From the human T2T-CHM13v2.0 reference genome, Homo sapiens, in NCBI RefSeq assembly GCF_009914755.1, contig NC_060933.1: a stretch of 64,000 bases of DNA, one strand, 5' to 3'. Made by a program: the position numbers and the translations under genes. The notes beneath the pieces are model-generated. The model saw only the letters and a list, made by a program, of their open reading frames with translations, ran no database searches and was not told the origin of the DNA. Below are positions 1 through 13,720 of this stretch, one piece after another. How positions within the stretch are numbered: position 1 is the first letter of the stretch; every line of letters starts with the position of its first letter.

Positions 1-450
1 ATTCCATTCGGGTTGTTCCATTCCATTCCATTCCATTCCACTCCATTCCATTGCACTCGGGTTGATTCCATTCCATTCCTTTCCATTCCATTCCATTACA
101 TTCCGGATGATTCCATTCCATTGCATTCCGTTCCATTCCATTCCCCTGCACTCGCGTTGATTCCATTCCATTCCATTCCATTCCATTCAATTCCATTCCA
201 TTACAATTCGTTCCATTCCATTCTATTCCGTACCATTCCATTCAATTCCATACCATTCCATTCCATTCCATTCCATTCAGTTCCATTCCGTTCCATTCCA
301 TTCCATTCCATTCTATTCGGGTTAATTCCATTCCATTCCATTCCATTCCATTCCATTCTATTCCATTCCATTGCAGTCGAGTTGAATCCATTGCATTTCA
401 TTCCATTCCATTCCATTCCATTCCATTCCATTCCAGAAGATTCCATTCCA

Positions 451-3400
451 TTGCATTCCATTCCATTCCATTGTATTCGGGTTGATTCCATTGCATTCCT
501 TTCCATTCCATTCCATTCCATTCCATTCCATTACAATCGAGTTGATTCCATTCCATTCCATTCCATTCCAGTTCTTTCCATTCCATTCCACTCGGGTTGA
601 TTCCATTCTATTAGTTTCCATTCTATTCCATTCCCTTCCATTCCACTCTGGTTGATTCCATTCCTTTCCATTCCACTCGAATACATTCCCTCCTATTCCA
701 CTCGGAACGATTCCATTCCATTCCATTCCATTCCATTCCATTCCATTCCATTCCATTCCATTCCGTTCCATTCCATTCTATTCCGTACCATTCCATTCCA
801 TTCCATTCCATTCCATTCCATTCCACTCGTGTTGATTCCATTGCTTTCCATTCCATTCGGTTTGAAGGCATTCCATTCCATTCAATTCCATTCCATTCCA
901 TTCCATTCCATTCCATTCCATTCCATTCCATTGTACTCGGGTTGATTCAATTCCATTGCATTCCATTCCATTCCATTCCGTTGCATTCCATTCCATTTCA
1001 TTCGGATTGATTGTATTCAAATCCCTTACTCTTCATTACATTCCATTCCATTCGGGTTGTTCCATTCCATTCCATTCCATTCCATTCCATTCCATTCCAT
1101 ACCATTCCATTCCATTCCATTCCATTCCATTCCGTTCCATTCCGTTCCATTCCATTCCATTCCATTCTATTCGGGTTAATTCCATTCCATTCCATTCCAT
1201 TCCATTCCATTCTATTCCATTCCATTGCAATCGAGTTGAATCCATTGCATTTCATTCTATTCCATTCCATTCCATTCCATTCCGGAAGATTCCATTCCAT
1301 TGCATTCCATTCCATTCCATTCCCCTGCACTCGCGTTGATTCCATTCCATTCCATTCCATTCCATTCCATTCCGTTCCATTCCGTTCCGTTCCATTTCAT
1401 TCCATTCCATTCCATTCCATTCCGTTCCGTTCCATTTCATTCCATTCCATTCCACTCTATTCGGGTTAATTCCATTCCATTCCATTCGATTGCAATCGAG
1501 TTGATTCCATTCCATTCCATTCCATTCCATTCCATTCCTTTCCCCTGTACTCGGGTTGATTCCATTCCATTCCATTCCAATCCATGCCATTCCACTCGTG
1601 TTGATTCCATTCTTTCCATTCCATTCAAGATGAATCCATTCCATTGCATTCCATTCCATTCGATTCCATTCGTTTGCACTCGTGTTGATTCCATGGCATT
1701 GCATTCCATTCCATTGCATTCCATTTCATTCCATTCCATTGCATTCCATTTCATTCCATTCCATTCATTTCCATTCCATTCCATTCCATTCGGATTCATT
1801 CTATTCAATTCCCTTACACTCCATTACATTACATTCCATTCGGGTTGTTCCATTCCATTCCATTCCATTCCACTCCATTCCATTGCACTGGGGTTGATTC
1901 CATTCCATTCCTTTCCATTCCATTCCATTCCATTCCGGATGATTCCATTCCATTGCATTCCGTTCCATTCCATTCCCCTGCAGTCGCGTTGATTCCATTC
2001 CATTCCATTCCATTCCATTCCATTCCATTCCATTCCATTCCATTGTACTCGGGTTGATTCCATTCCATTGCATTCCATTCCATTCCATTCCATTCCATTC
2101 TATTCCATTCCATTCCGTTGCTTTCCATTCCATTACATTCGGATTGATTCTATTCAACTCCCTTACTCTCCATTACATTCCATTCCATTCGGGTTCTTCC
2201 ATTCCATTCCATTCCATTCCACTCCATTCCATTGCACTCGGGTTGATTCCATTCCATTCCATTCCATTCCATTCATTCCGGATGATTCCATTCCATTGCA
2301 TTCCGTTCCATTACATTCCCCTGCACTCGTGTTGATTCCATTCCATTCCATTCCATTCCATTCCATTCCATTCCATTACAATTCGTTCCATTCCATTCTA
2401 TTCCGTACCATTCCATTCCATTACATACCATTCCATTCCGTTCCATTCCATTCCATTCCTTTCCATTCCATTCCGGAAGATTCCACTCCATTGCATTCCA
2501 TTCCATTCCATTCCCCTGCACTCACGTTGATTCCATTCCATTCCATACCATTCCCCTGAAGTCGGGTTGATTCCTTTCCATTCCATTCCATTCCATTCCA
2601 TTCCATTCAATTCCGTTCCGTTCCATTCCATTCCATTCCATTCTATTCGAGTTAATTCCATTCCATTCTATTCCATTCCATTCCATTCCAATCCATTCAG
2701 TTCCATTCCATTCCATTCCATTCCATTCTATTCGGGTTAATTCCATTCCATTTCATTCCATTCCATACCATTCCATTCCATTCCATTCCATTCCATTCCG
2801 TTCCATTCCGTTCCATTCCATTCCATTCCATTCTATTCGTGTTAATTCCATTCCATTCTATTCCATTCCAGTCCATTGAAATCGAGTTGATTCCATTCCA
2901 TTCCATTCCATTCCATTCCATTCCGGATGATTCCATTCCATTGCATTCCATTCCATTCCATTCCCCTGCACTCGGATGGATTCCATTCCATTCCATTACA
3001 TTACATTACGTTCCATTCCGTTCCATTCTATTCTATTCCGGTTAATTCCATTCCATTCCATTCCACTCCATTCCATTCCATTCTATTCGGGTTAATTCCA
3101 TTCCATAATATTCCATTCCATTCCATTCCATTCCAATCGAGTTGATTCCATTCCATTGCATTCCATTTCACTCAATTCCAGTCCTTTCCATTCCATTCCA
3201 CTCGGGTTGATTCCATTCTATTCCTTTCCATTCCATTCCATTCCATTGCAATCGAGTTGATTCCATTGCTTTGCATTCCATTCCATTCCATTCCATTCCG
3301 GATGATTCCTTTCCATTGCATTCCATTCCATTCCATTCCCCTGCACTCGGGTTGATTCCATTCCATTCCACTCCATTCCATTGCATTCCATTCCATTCCA

Positions 3401-5370
3401 TTGTATTCGGGTTGATTCCATTGCATTCCTTTCCATTCCATTCCATTCCATTCCATTCCATTACAATCGAGTTGATTCCATTCCATTCCATTCCATTCCA
3501 GTGCTTTCCATTCCATTCCACTCGGGTTGATTCCATTCTATTAGTTTCCATTCCATTCCATTCCCTTCCATTCCACTCTGGTTGATTCCATTCCTTTCCA
3601 TTCCACTCGAATACATTCCCTCCTATTCCACTCGGAACGATTCCATTCCATTCCATTCCATTCCATTCCATTCCATTCCATTCCATTTCGTTCCATTCCA
3701 TTCTATTCCGTACCATTCCATTCCATTCCATTCCATTCCATTCCATTCCACTCGTGTTGATTCCATTGCTTTCCATTCCATTCGGTTTGAAGACATTCCA
3801 TTCCATTCAATTCCATTCCATTCCATTCCACTCCATTCCATTCCATTCCATTCCATTCCATTCCATTGTACTCGGGTTGATTCAATTCCATTGCATTCCA
3901 TTCCATTCCATTCCGTTGCATTCCATTCCATGTCATTCGGATTCATTGTATTCAAATCCCTTACTCTTCATTACATTCCATTCCATTCGGGTTGTTCCAT
4001 TCCATTCCATTCCATTCCATTCCATACCATTCCATTCCATTCCATTCCATTCCATTCCATTCCGTTCCATTCCGTTCCATTCCATTCCATTCCATTCTAT
4101 TCGGGTTAATTCCATTCCATTCCATTCCATTCCATTCCATTCCATTCTATTCCATTCCATTGCAATCGAGTTGAATCTATTGCATTTCATTCCATTCCAT
4201 TCCATTCCATTCCATTCCATTCCGTAAGATTCCATTCCATTGCATTCCATTCCATTCCATTCCCCTGCACTCGCGTTGATTCCATTCCATTCCATTCCAT
4301 TCCATTCCATTCCGTTCCATTCCGTTCCGTTCCATTTCATTCCATTCCATTCCATTCCATTCCATTCCGTTCCGTTCCATTCCATTCCATTCCATTCCAC
4401 TCTATTCGGGTTAATTCCATTCCATTCCATTCGATTGCAATCGAGTTGATTCCATTCCATTCCATTCCATTCCATTCCATTCCATTCCTTTCCCCTGTAC
4501 TCGGGTTGATTCCATTCCATTCCATTCCAATCCATGCCATTCCACTCGTGTTGATTCCATTCTTTCCATTCCATTCAAGATGAATCCATTCCATTCCATT
4601 CCATTCCATTCGATTCCATTCGTTTGCACTCGTGTTGATTCCATGGCATTGCATTCCATTCCATTGCATTCCATTTCATTCCATTCCATTCCTTTCCATT
4701 CCATTCCATTCCATTCGGATTCATTCTATTCAATTCCCTTACACTCCATTACATTACATTCCATTCGGGTTGTTCCATTCCATTCCATTCCATTCCACTC
4801 CATTCCATTGCACTGGGGTTGATTCCATTCCATTCCTTTCCATTCCATTCCATTCCATTCCGGATGATTCCATTCCATTGCATTCCGTTCCATTCCATTC
4901 CCCTGCAGTCGCGTTGATTCCATTCCATTCCATTCCATTCCATTCCATTCCATTCCATTCCATTCCATTCCATTGTACTCGGGTTGATTCCATTCCATTG
5001 CATTCCATTCCATTCCATTACATTCCATTCTATTCCATTCCATTCCATTCTATTCCATTCCATTCCGTTGCTTTCCATTCCATTACATTCGGATTGATTC
5101 TATTCAACTCCCTTACTCTCCATTACATTCCATTCCATTCGGGTTCTTCCATTCCATTCCATTCCATTCCACTCCATTCCATTGCACTCGGGTTGATTCC
5201 ATTCCATTCCATTCCATTCCATTCATTCCGGATGATTCCATTCCATTGCATTCCGTTCCATTACATTCCCCTGCACTCGCGTTGATTCCATTCCATTCCA
5301 TTCCATTCCATTCAATTCCATTCCATTACAATTCGTTCCATTCCATTCTATTCCGTACCATTCCATTCCA
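451..5370 (+). repeat. Direct duplication, ~451-2430 vs ~3381-5370 (offset ~2.93-2.95 kb)
   Basis: Same ordered rare markers: CTCGAATACATTCCCTCC at 676/3606, GGTTTGAAG at ~859/3784, CAAGATGAA at 1626/4576, ACTGGGGTTG at ~1887/4812, GGGTTCTTCC at ~2191/5141. Confidence 0.85.
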
Positions 5371-5440
5371 TTCCATACCATTCCACTCCATTCCATTCCA
5401 TTCCATTCCGTTCCATTCCGTTCCATTCCATTCCATTCCA

Positions 5441-8400
5441 TTCTATTCGGGTTAATTCCATTCCATTCCATTCCGTTCCATTCCATTCCATTCCATTCCA
5501 TTCCATTGCATTCTATTCCATTCCATTGCAATCGAGTTGAATCCATTGCATTTCATTCCATTCCATTCCATTCCATTCCATTCCGGAAGATTCCATTCCA
5601 TTGCATTCCATTCCATTCCATTCCCCTGCACTCGCGTTGATTCCATTCCATTCCATTCCATTCCATTCCATTCCATTCCATTCCATTCCATTGTACTCGG
5701 GTTGATTCCATTCCAATGCATTCCATTCCATTCCATTCCATTCCATTCTATTCCATTCCATTCCGTTGCTTTCCATTCCATTACATTCGGATTGATTCTA
5801 TTCAACTCCCTTACTCTCCATTACATTCCATTCCATTCGGGTTCTTCCATTCCATTCCATTCCATTCCACTCCATTCCATTGCACTCGGGTTGATTCCAT
5901 TCCATTCCATTCCATTCCATTCATTCCGGATGATTCCATTCCATTGCATTCCGTTCCATTACATTCCCCTGCACTCGCGTTGATTCCATTCCATTCCATT
6001 CCATTCCATTCAATTCCATTCCATTACAATTCGTTCCATTCTATTCTATTCCGTACCATTCCATTCCATTACATACCATTCCATTCCATTCCATTCCATT
6101 CCGTTCCATTCCGTTCCATTCCATTCCATTCCATTCTATTCGGGTTAATTCCATTCCATTCCATTCCGTTCCATTCCATTCCATTCCATTCCATTGCATT
6201 CCATTCCTTTCCATTCCGTTCCATTCCATTCCATTCCATTCTATTCGGGTTAATTGCATTCCATTCCATTCCATTCCATTCCATTCTATTCCATTCCATT
6301 GCAATCGAGTTGAATCCATTGCATTTCATTCCATTCCATTCCATTCCATTCCATTCCGGAAGATTCCATTCCATTGCATTCCATTCCATTCCATTCCCCT
6401 GCACTCGCGTTGATTCCATTCCATTCCATTCCACTCCATTCCATTCCATTCCATTCCGTTCCGTTCCGTTCCATTCCATTCCATTCCATTCCGTTCCGTT
6501 CCATTCCATTCCATTCCATTCCATTCTATTCGGGTTAATTCCATTCCATTCCATTCGATTGCAATCGAGTTGATTCCATTCTATTCCATTCCATTCCATT
6601 CCATTCCATTCCTTTCCATTACATTACGGATGATTCCATTCCATTCCATTCCATTCCATTCCTTTCCCCTGTACTCGGGTTGATTCCGTTCCATTCCATT
6701 CCAATCCATGCCATTCCACTCGTGTTGATTCCATTCTTTCCATTCCATTCAAGATGAATCCATTCCATTGCATTCCATTCCATTCGATTCCATTCGTTTG
6801 CACTCGTGTTGATTCCATGGCATTGCATTCCATTCCATTCCATTCCTTTCCATTCCATTCCATTCCATTCCATTCCTTTCCATTCCATTCCATTCCATTC
6901 GGATTCATTCTATTCAATTCCCTTACACTCCATTACTTTACATTCCATTCGGGTTGTTCCATTCCATTCCATTCCATTCCACTCCATTCCATTGCACTCG
7001 GGTTGATTCCATTCCATTCCTTTCCATTCCATTCCATTACATTCCGGATGATTCCATTCCATTGCATTCCGTTCCATTCCATTCCCCTGCACTCGCGTTG
7101 ATTCCATTCCATTCCATTCCATTCCATTCAATTCCATTCCATTACAATTCGTTCCATTCCATTCTATTCCGTACCATTCCATTCAATTCCATACCATTCC
7201 ATTCCATTCCATTCCATTCAGTTCCATTCCGTTCCATTCCATTCCATTCCATTCTATTCGGGTTAATTCCATTCCATTCCATTCCATTCCATTCCATTCT
7301 ATTCCATTCCATTGCAGTCGAGTTGAATCCATTGCATTTCATTCCATTCCATTCCATTCCATTCCATTCCAGAAGATTCCATTCCATTGCATTCCATTCC
7401 ATTCCATTCCATTCCATTCCATTCCGTTCCATTCCATTACATTCGGATTGATTCTATTCAATTCCCTTACACTGCATTCCATTCCATTCCATTCGGGTAG
7501 TTTCCATTCCATTCCATTCCATTCCTCTCCATTCCATTGCACTCGGGTTGATTCCATTCCATTGCATTCCATTCCATTCCATTCAATTCCATTCCGTTCC
7601 ATTCCATTCCATTACATTCGGATTGATTCTATTCAACTCCCTTACGCTCCATTACATTCCATTCCATTCGGGTTGTTCCATTCCATTCCACTCCATTCCA
7701 TTGCACTCGGGTTGATTCCGTTCCATTCCATTCCATTCCTTTCCATTCCATTCCGGAAGATGCCACTCCATTGCATTGCATTCCATTCCATTCCCCTGCA
7801 CTCACGTTGATTCCATTCCATTCCACTCCATTCCATTCCATTCCATTCCATTCCTTTCGGTTCCATTCCATTCCATTCCATTCCATTCCATTCCATTCCA
7901 TTCCATTCCGTTCCGTTCCATTCCATTCCATTTCATTCTATTCGGGTTAATTCCATTCCATTCCATTCGATTGCAATCGAGTTGATTCCATTCCATTCCA
8001 TTCCATTCCATTCCATTCCATTCCATTCCTTTCTATTCCATTACGGATGATTCCATTCCATTGCATTCCATTCCATTCCATTCCCCTGTACTCGGGTTGA
8101 TTCCATTCCCTTCCATTCCAATCCATGCCATTCCACTCGTGTTGATTCCATTCTTTCCATTCCATTCAAGTTGAATCTATTCCATTGCATTCCATTCCAT
8201 TCCATTCCCCTGAAGTCGGGTTGATTCCATTCCATTCCATTCCATTCCATTCCATTCCATTCCATTCCGTTCCGTTCCATTCCATTCCATTCCATTCTAT
8301 TCGGGTTAATTCCATTCCATTCTATTCCATTCCATTCAATTCCAATCCATTCAGTTCCATTCCATTCCATTCCATTCCATTCCATTCTATTCCATTCCAT

Positions 8401-11400
8401 TGCAGTCGAGTTGAATCCATTGCATTTCATTCCATTCCGTTCCATTCCATTCCATTCCGGAAGATTCCATTCCATTGCATTCCATTCCATTCCATTCCCC
8501 TGCACTGGCGTTGATTCCATTCCATTCCATTACATTCCATTCCGTTCTGTTCCGTTCCTTTCCATTCCATTCCATTCCATTCTGTTCCGTTCCATTCCAT
8601 TCCATTCCATTCTATTCGGGTTAATTCCATTCCATTCCATTCGATTGCAATCGAGTTGATTCCATTCCATTCCATTCCATTCCATTCCATTCCATTCCAT
8701 TCCTTTCCATTCCATTACGGATGATTCCATTCCATTGCATTCCATTCCACTCCATTCCCCTGTACTCGGGTTGATTCCATTCCATTCCATTCCAATCCAT
8801 GCCATTCCACTCGGGTTGATTCCATTCTTTCCATTCCATTCAAGTTGAATCCATTCCATTGCATTCCATTCCATTGGATTCCATTCGATTGCACTCGGGT
8901 TGATTCCATTCCATTGCATTCCATTCCATTCCATACCATTCCATTCCATTCCATTCCGTTCCATTCCATTACATTCGGATTGATTCTATTCAATTCCCTT
9001 ACACTGCATTCCATTCCATTCCATTCGGGTAGTTTCCATTCCATTCCATTCCATTCCTCTCCATTCCATTGCACTCGGGTTGATTCCATTCCATTGCATT
9101 CCATTCCATTCCATTCAATTCCATTCCGTTCCATTACATTCCATTACATTCGGATTGATTCTATTCAACTCCCTTACTCTCCATTCCATTCCATTCCATT
9201 CGGGTTGTTCCATTCCATTCCACTCCATACCATTGCACTCGGGTTGATTCCATTCCATTCCATTCCATTCCATTCCGAAAGATTCCATTCCATTGCATTC
9301 CATTCCATTCCATTCCCCTGCACTCGCGTTGATTCCATTCCATTCCAGTCCATTCCATTCCATTCCATTCCTTTCGGTTCCATTCCATTCCATTCCATTC
9401 GATTCCATTCCATTCAATTCCGTTCCGTTCCATTCCATTCCATTCCATTCTATTCGGGTTAATTCCATTCCATTCCATTCGATTGCAATCGAGTTGATTC
9501 CATTCCATTCCATTCCATTCCATTCCATTCTATTCGGGTTAATTCCATTCCATTCCATTCCGTTCCATTCCATTCCATTCCATTGCATTCCATTCCGTTC
9601 CATTCCGTTCCATTCCATTCCATTCCATTCTATTCGGGTTAATTCCATTCCATTCCATTCCATTGCATTCTATTCCATTCCATTGCAATCGAGTTGAATC
9701 CATTGCATTTCATTCCATTCCATTCCATTCCATTCCATTCCGGAAGATTCCATTCCATTGCATTCCATTCCATTCCATTCCCCTGCACTCGCGTTGATTC
9801 CATTCCATTCCATTCCATTCCATTCCATTCCATTCCATTCCATTCCATTGTACTCGGGTTGATTCCATTCCATTGCATTCCATTCCATTCCATTCCATTC
9901 CATTCTATTCCATTCCATTCCGTTGCTTTCCATTCCATTACATTCGGATTGATTCTATTCAACTCCCTTACTCTCCATTACATTCCATTCCATTCGGGTT
10001 CTTCCATTCCATTCCATTCCATTCCACTCCATTCCATTGCACTCGGGTTGATTCCATTCCATTCCATTCCATTCCATTCATTCCGGATGATTCCATTCCA
10101 TTGCATTCCGTTCCATTACATTCCCCTGCACTCGCGTTGATTCCATTCCATTCCATTCCATTCCATTCAATTCCATTCCATTACAATTCGTTCCATTCCA
10201 TTCTATTCCGTACCATTCCATTCCATTACATACCATTCCATTCCATTCCATTCCATTCCATTCCGTTCCATTCCGTTCCATTCCATTCCATTCCATTCTA
10301 TTCGGGTTAATTCCATTCCATTCCATTCCGTTCCATTCCATTCCATTCCATTCCATTGCATTCCATTCCGTTCCATTCCGTTCCATTCCATTCCATTCCA
10401 TTCTATTCGGGTTAATTCCATTCCATTCCATTCCATTCCATTCCATTCTATTCCATTCCATTGCAATCGAGTTGAATCCATTGCATTTCATTCCATTCCA
10501 TTCCATTCCATTCCATTCCAGAAGATTCCATTCCATTGCATTCCATTCCATTCCATTCCCCTGCACTCGCGTTGATTCCATTCCATTCCATTCCACTCCA
10601 TTCCATTCCATTCCATTCCGTTCCGTTCCGTTCTATTCCATTCCATTCCATTCCGTTCCGTTCCATTCCATTCCATTCCATTCCATTCTATTCGGGTTAA
10701 TTCCATTCCATTCCATTCGATTGCAATCGAGTTGATTCCATTCCATTCCATTCCATTCCATTCCATTCCATTCCTTTCCATTACATTACGGATGATTCCA
10801 TTCCATTCCATTCCATTCCATTCCTTTCCCCTGTACTCGGGTTGATTCCATTCCATTCCATTCCAATCCATGCCATTCCACTCGTGTTGATTCCATTCTT
10901 TCCATTCCATTCAAGATGAATCCATTCCATTGCATTCCATTCCATTCGATTCCATTCGTTTGCACTCGGGTTGATTCCATGGCATTGCATTCCATTCCAT
11001 TCCATTCCTTTCCATTCCATTCCATTCCATTCCATTCCTTTCCATTCCATTCCATTCCATTCGGATTCATTCTATTCAATTCCCTTACACTCCATTACAT
11101 TACATTCCATTCGGGTTGTTCCATTCCATTCCATTCCATTCCACTCCATTCCATTGCACTCGGGTTGATTCCATTCCATTCCTTTCCATTCCATTCCATT
11201 ACATTCCGGATGATTCCATTCCATTGCATTCCGTTCCATTCCATTCCCCTGCACTCGCGTTGATTCCATTCCATTCCATTCCATTCCATTCAATTCCATT
11301 CCATTACAATTCGTTCCATTCCATTCTATTCCGTACCATTCCATTCAATTCCATACCATTCCATTCCATTCCATTCCATTCAGTTCCATTCCGTTCCATT

Positions 11401-13720
11401 CCATTCCATTCCATTCTATTCGGGTTAATTCCATTCCATTCCATTCCATTCCTTTCCATTCTATTCCATTCCATTGCAGTCGAGTTGAATCCATTGCATT
11501 TCATTCCATTCCATTCCATTCCATTCCATTCCAGAAGATTCCATTCCATTGCATTCCATTCCATTCCATTCCATTCCATTCCATTCCATTCTGTTCCATT
11601 CCATTACATTCGGATTGATTCTATTCAATTCCCTTACACTGCATTCCATTCCATTCCATTCGGGTAGTTTCCATTCCATTCCATTCCATTCCTCTCCATT
11701 CCATTGCACTCGGGTTGATTCCATTCCATTGCATTCCATTCCATTCCATTCAATTCCATTCCGTTCCATTCCATTCCATTACATTCGGATTGATTCTATT
11801 CAACTCCCTTACGCTCCATTACATTCCATTCCATTCGGGTTGTTCCATTCCATTCCACTCCATTCCATTGCACTCGGGTTGATTCCGTTGCATTCCATTC
11901 CATTCCTTTCCATTCCATTCCGGAAGATGCCACTCCATTGCATTCCATTCCATTCCATTCCCCTGCACTCACGTTGATTCCATTCCATTCCACTCCATTC
12001 CATTCCATTCCATTCCTTTCGGTTCCATTCCATTCCATTCCATTCCATTCCATTCCATTCCGTTCCGTTCCATTCCATTCCATTTCATTCTATTCGGGTT
12101 AATTCCATTCCATTCCATTCGATTGCAATCGAGTTGATTCCATTCCATTCCATTCCATTCCATTCCATTCCATTCCATTCCATTCCATTCCTTTCTATTC
12201 CATTACGGATGATTCCATTCCATTGCATTCCATTCCATTCCATTCCCCTGTACTCGGGTTGATTCCATTCCCTTCCATTCCAATCCATGCCATTCCACTC
12301 GTGTTGATTCCATTCTTTCCATTCCATTCAAGTTGAATCTATTCCATTGCATTCCATTCCATTCCATTCCCCTGAAGTCGGGTTGATTCCATTCCATTCC
12401 ATTCCATTCCATTCCATTCCATTCCATTCCATTCCATTCCGTTCCGTTCCATTCCATTCCATTCCATTCTATTCGGGTTAATTCCATTCCATTCTATTCC
12501 ATTCCATTCAATTCCAATCCATTCAGTTCCATTCCATTCCATTCCATTCCATTCTATTCGGGTTAATTCCATTCCATTCCATTCCATTCCATTCCATTCT
12601 ATTCCATTCCATTGCAGTCGAGTTGAATCCATTGCATTTCATTCCATTCCATTCCATTCCATTCCATTCCGGAAGATTCCATTCCATTGCATTCCATTGC
12701 ATTCCATTCCCCTGCACTGGCGTTGATTCCATTCCATTCCATTACATTCCATTCCGTTCTGTTCCGTTCCGTTCCATTCCATTCCATTCCATTCTGTTCC
12801 GTTCCATTCCATTCCATTCCATTCTATTCGGGTTAATTCCATTCCATTCCATTCGATTGCAATCGAGTTGATTCCATTCCATTCCATTCCATTCCATTCC
12901 ATTCCTTTCCATTCCATTACGGATGATTCCATTCCATTGCATTCCATTCCACTCCATTCCCCTGTACTCGGGTTGATTCCATTCCATTCCATTCCAATCC
13001 ATGCCATTCCACTCGGGTTGATTCCATTCTTTCCATTCCATTCAATTTGAATCCATTCCATTGCATTCCATTCCACTGGATTCCATTCGATTGCACTCGG
13101 GTTGATTCCATTCCATTGCATTCCATTCCATTCCATTCCATTCCATTCCATTCCATTCCGTTCCATTCCATTACATTCGGATTGATTCTATTCAATTCCC
13201 TTACACTGCATTCCATTCCATTCCATTCGGGTAGTTTCCATTCCATTCCATTCCATTCCTCTCCATTCCATTGCACTCAGGTTGATTCCATTCCATTGCA
13301 TTCCATTCCATTCCATTCAATTCCATTCCGTTCCATTGCATTCCATTACATTCGGATTGATTCTATTCAACTCCTTTACTCTCCATTCCATTCCATTCCA
13401 TTCGGGTTGTTCCATTCCATTCCACTCCATACCATTGCACTCGGGTTGATTCCATTCCATTCCATTCCATTCCATTCCGAAAGATTCCATTCCATTGCAT
13501 TCCATTCCATTGCATTCCCCTGCACTCGCGTTGATTCCATTCCATTCCAGTCCATTCCATTCCATTCCATTCCTTTCGGTTCCATTCTATTCCATTCCAT
13601 TCCATTCCATTCCATTCAATTCCGTTCCGTTCCATTCCATTCCATTCCATTCTATTCGGGTTAATTCCATTCCATTCCATTCGATTGCAATCGAGTTGAT
13701 TCCATTCCATTCCATTCCAT
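5441..13720 (+). repeat. Recent tandem duplication of a ~4.16-4.20 kb unit (two copies, junction ~9520-9600)
   Basis: Near-identical translated tracks at constant offset: 5537/9694, 6754/10916, 6954/11116, 8845/13047. Shared private variants CCGGAAGATGCC, CTTACGCTCC, CCCTGAAGTCGGG, GCACTGGCG and CCGAAAGA. Confidence 0.88.

Noticed and set aside
1281-1290. TTCCGGAA palindrome as a STAT or heat-shock element
   Set aside because: Spacing does not match TTCN3GAA, and there are no three alternating nGAAn units. It is short enough to arise by chance.
7441-7616. 175-bp unit as alpha satellite
   Set aside because: Only the length is similar. The sequence is pentamer-derived, with no alpha-satellite similarity or CENP-B box recognised.
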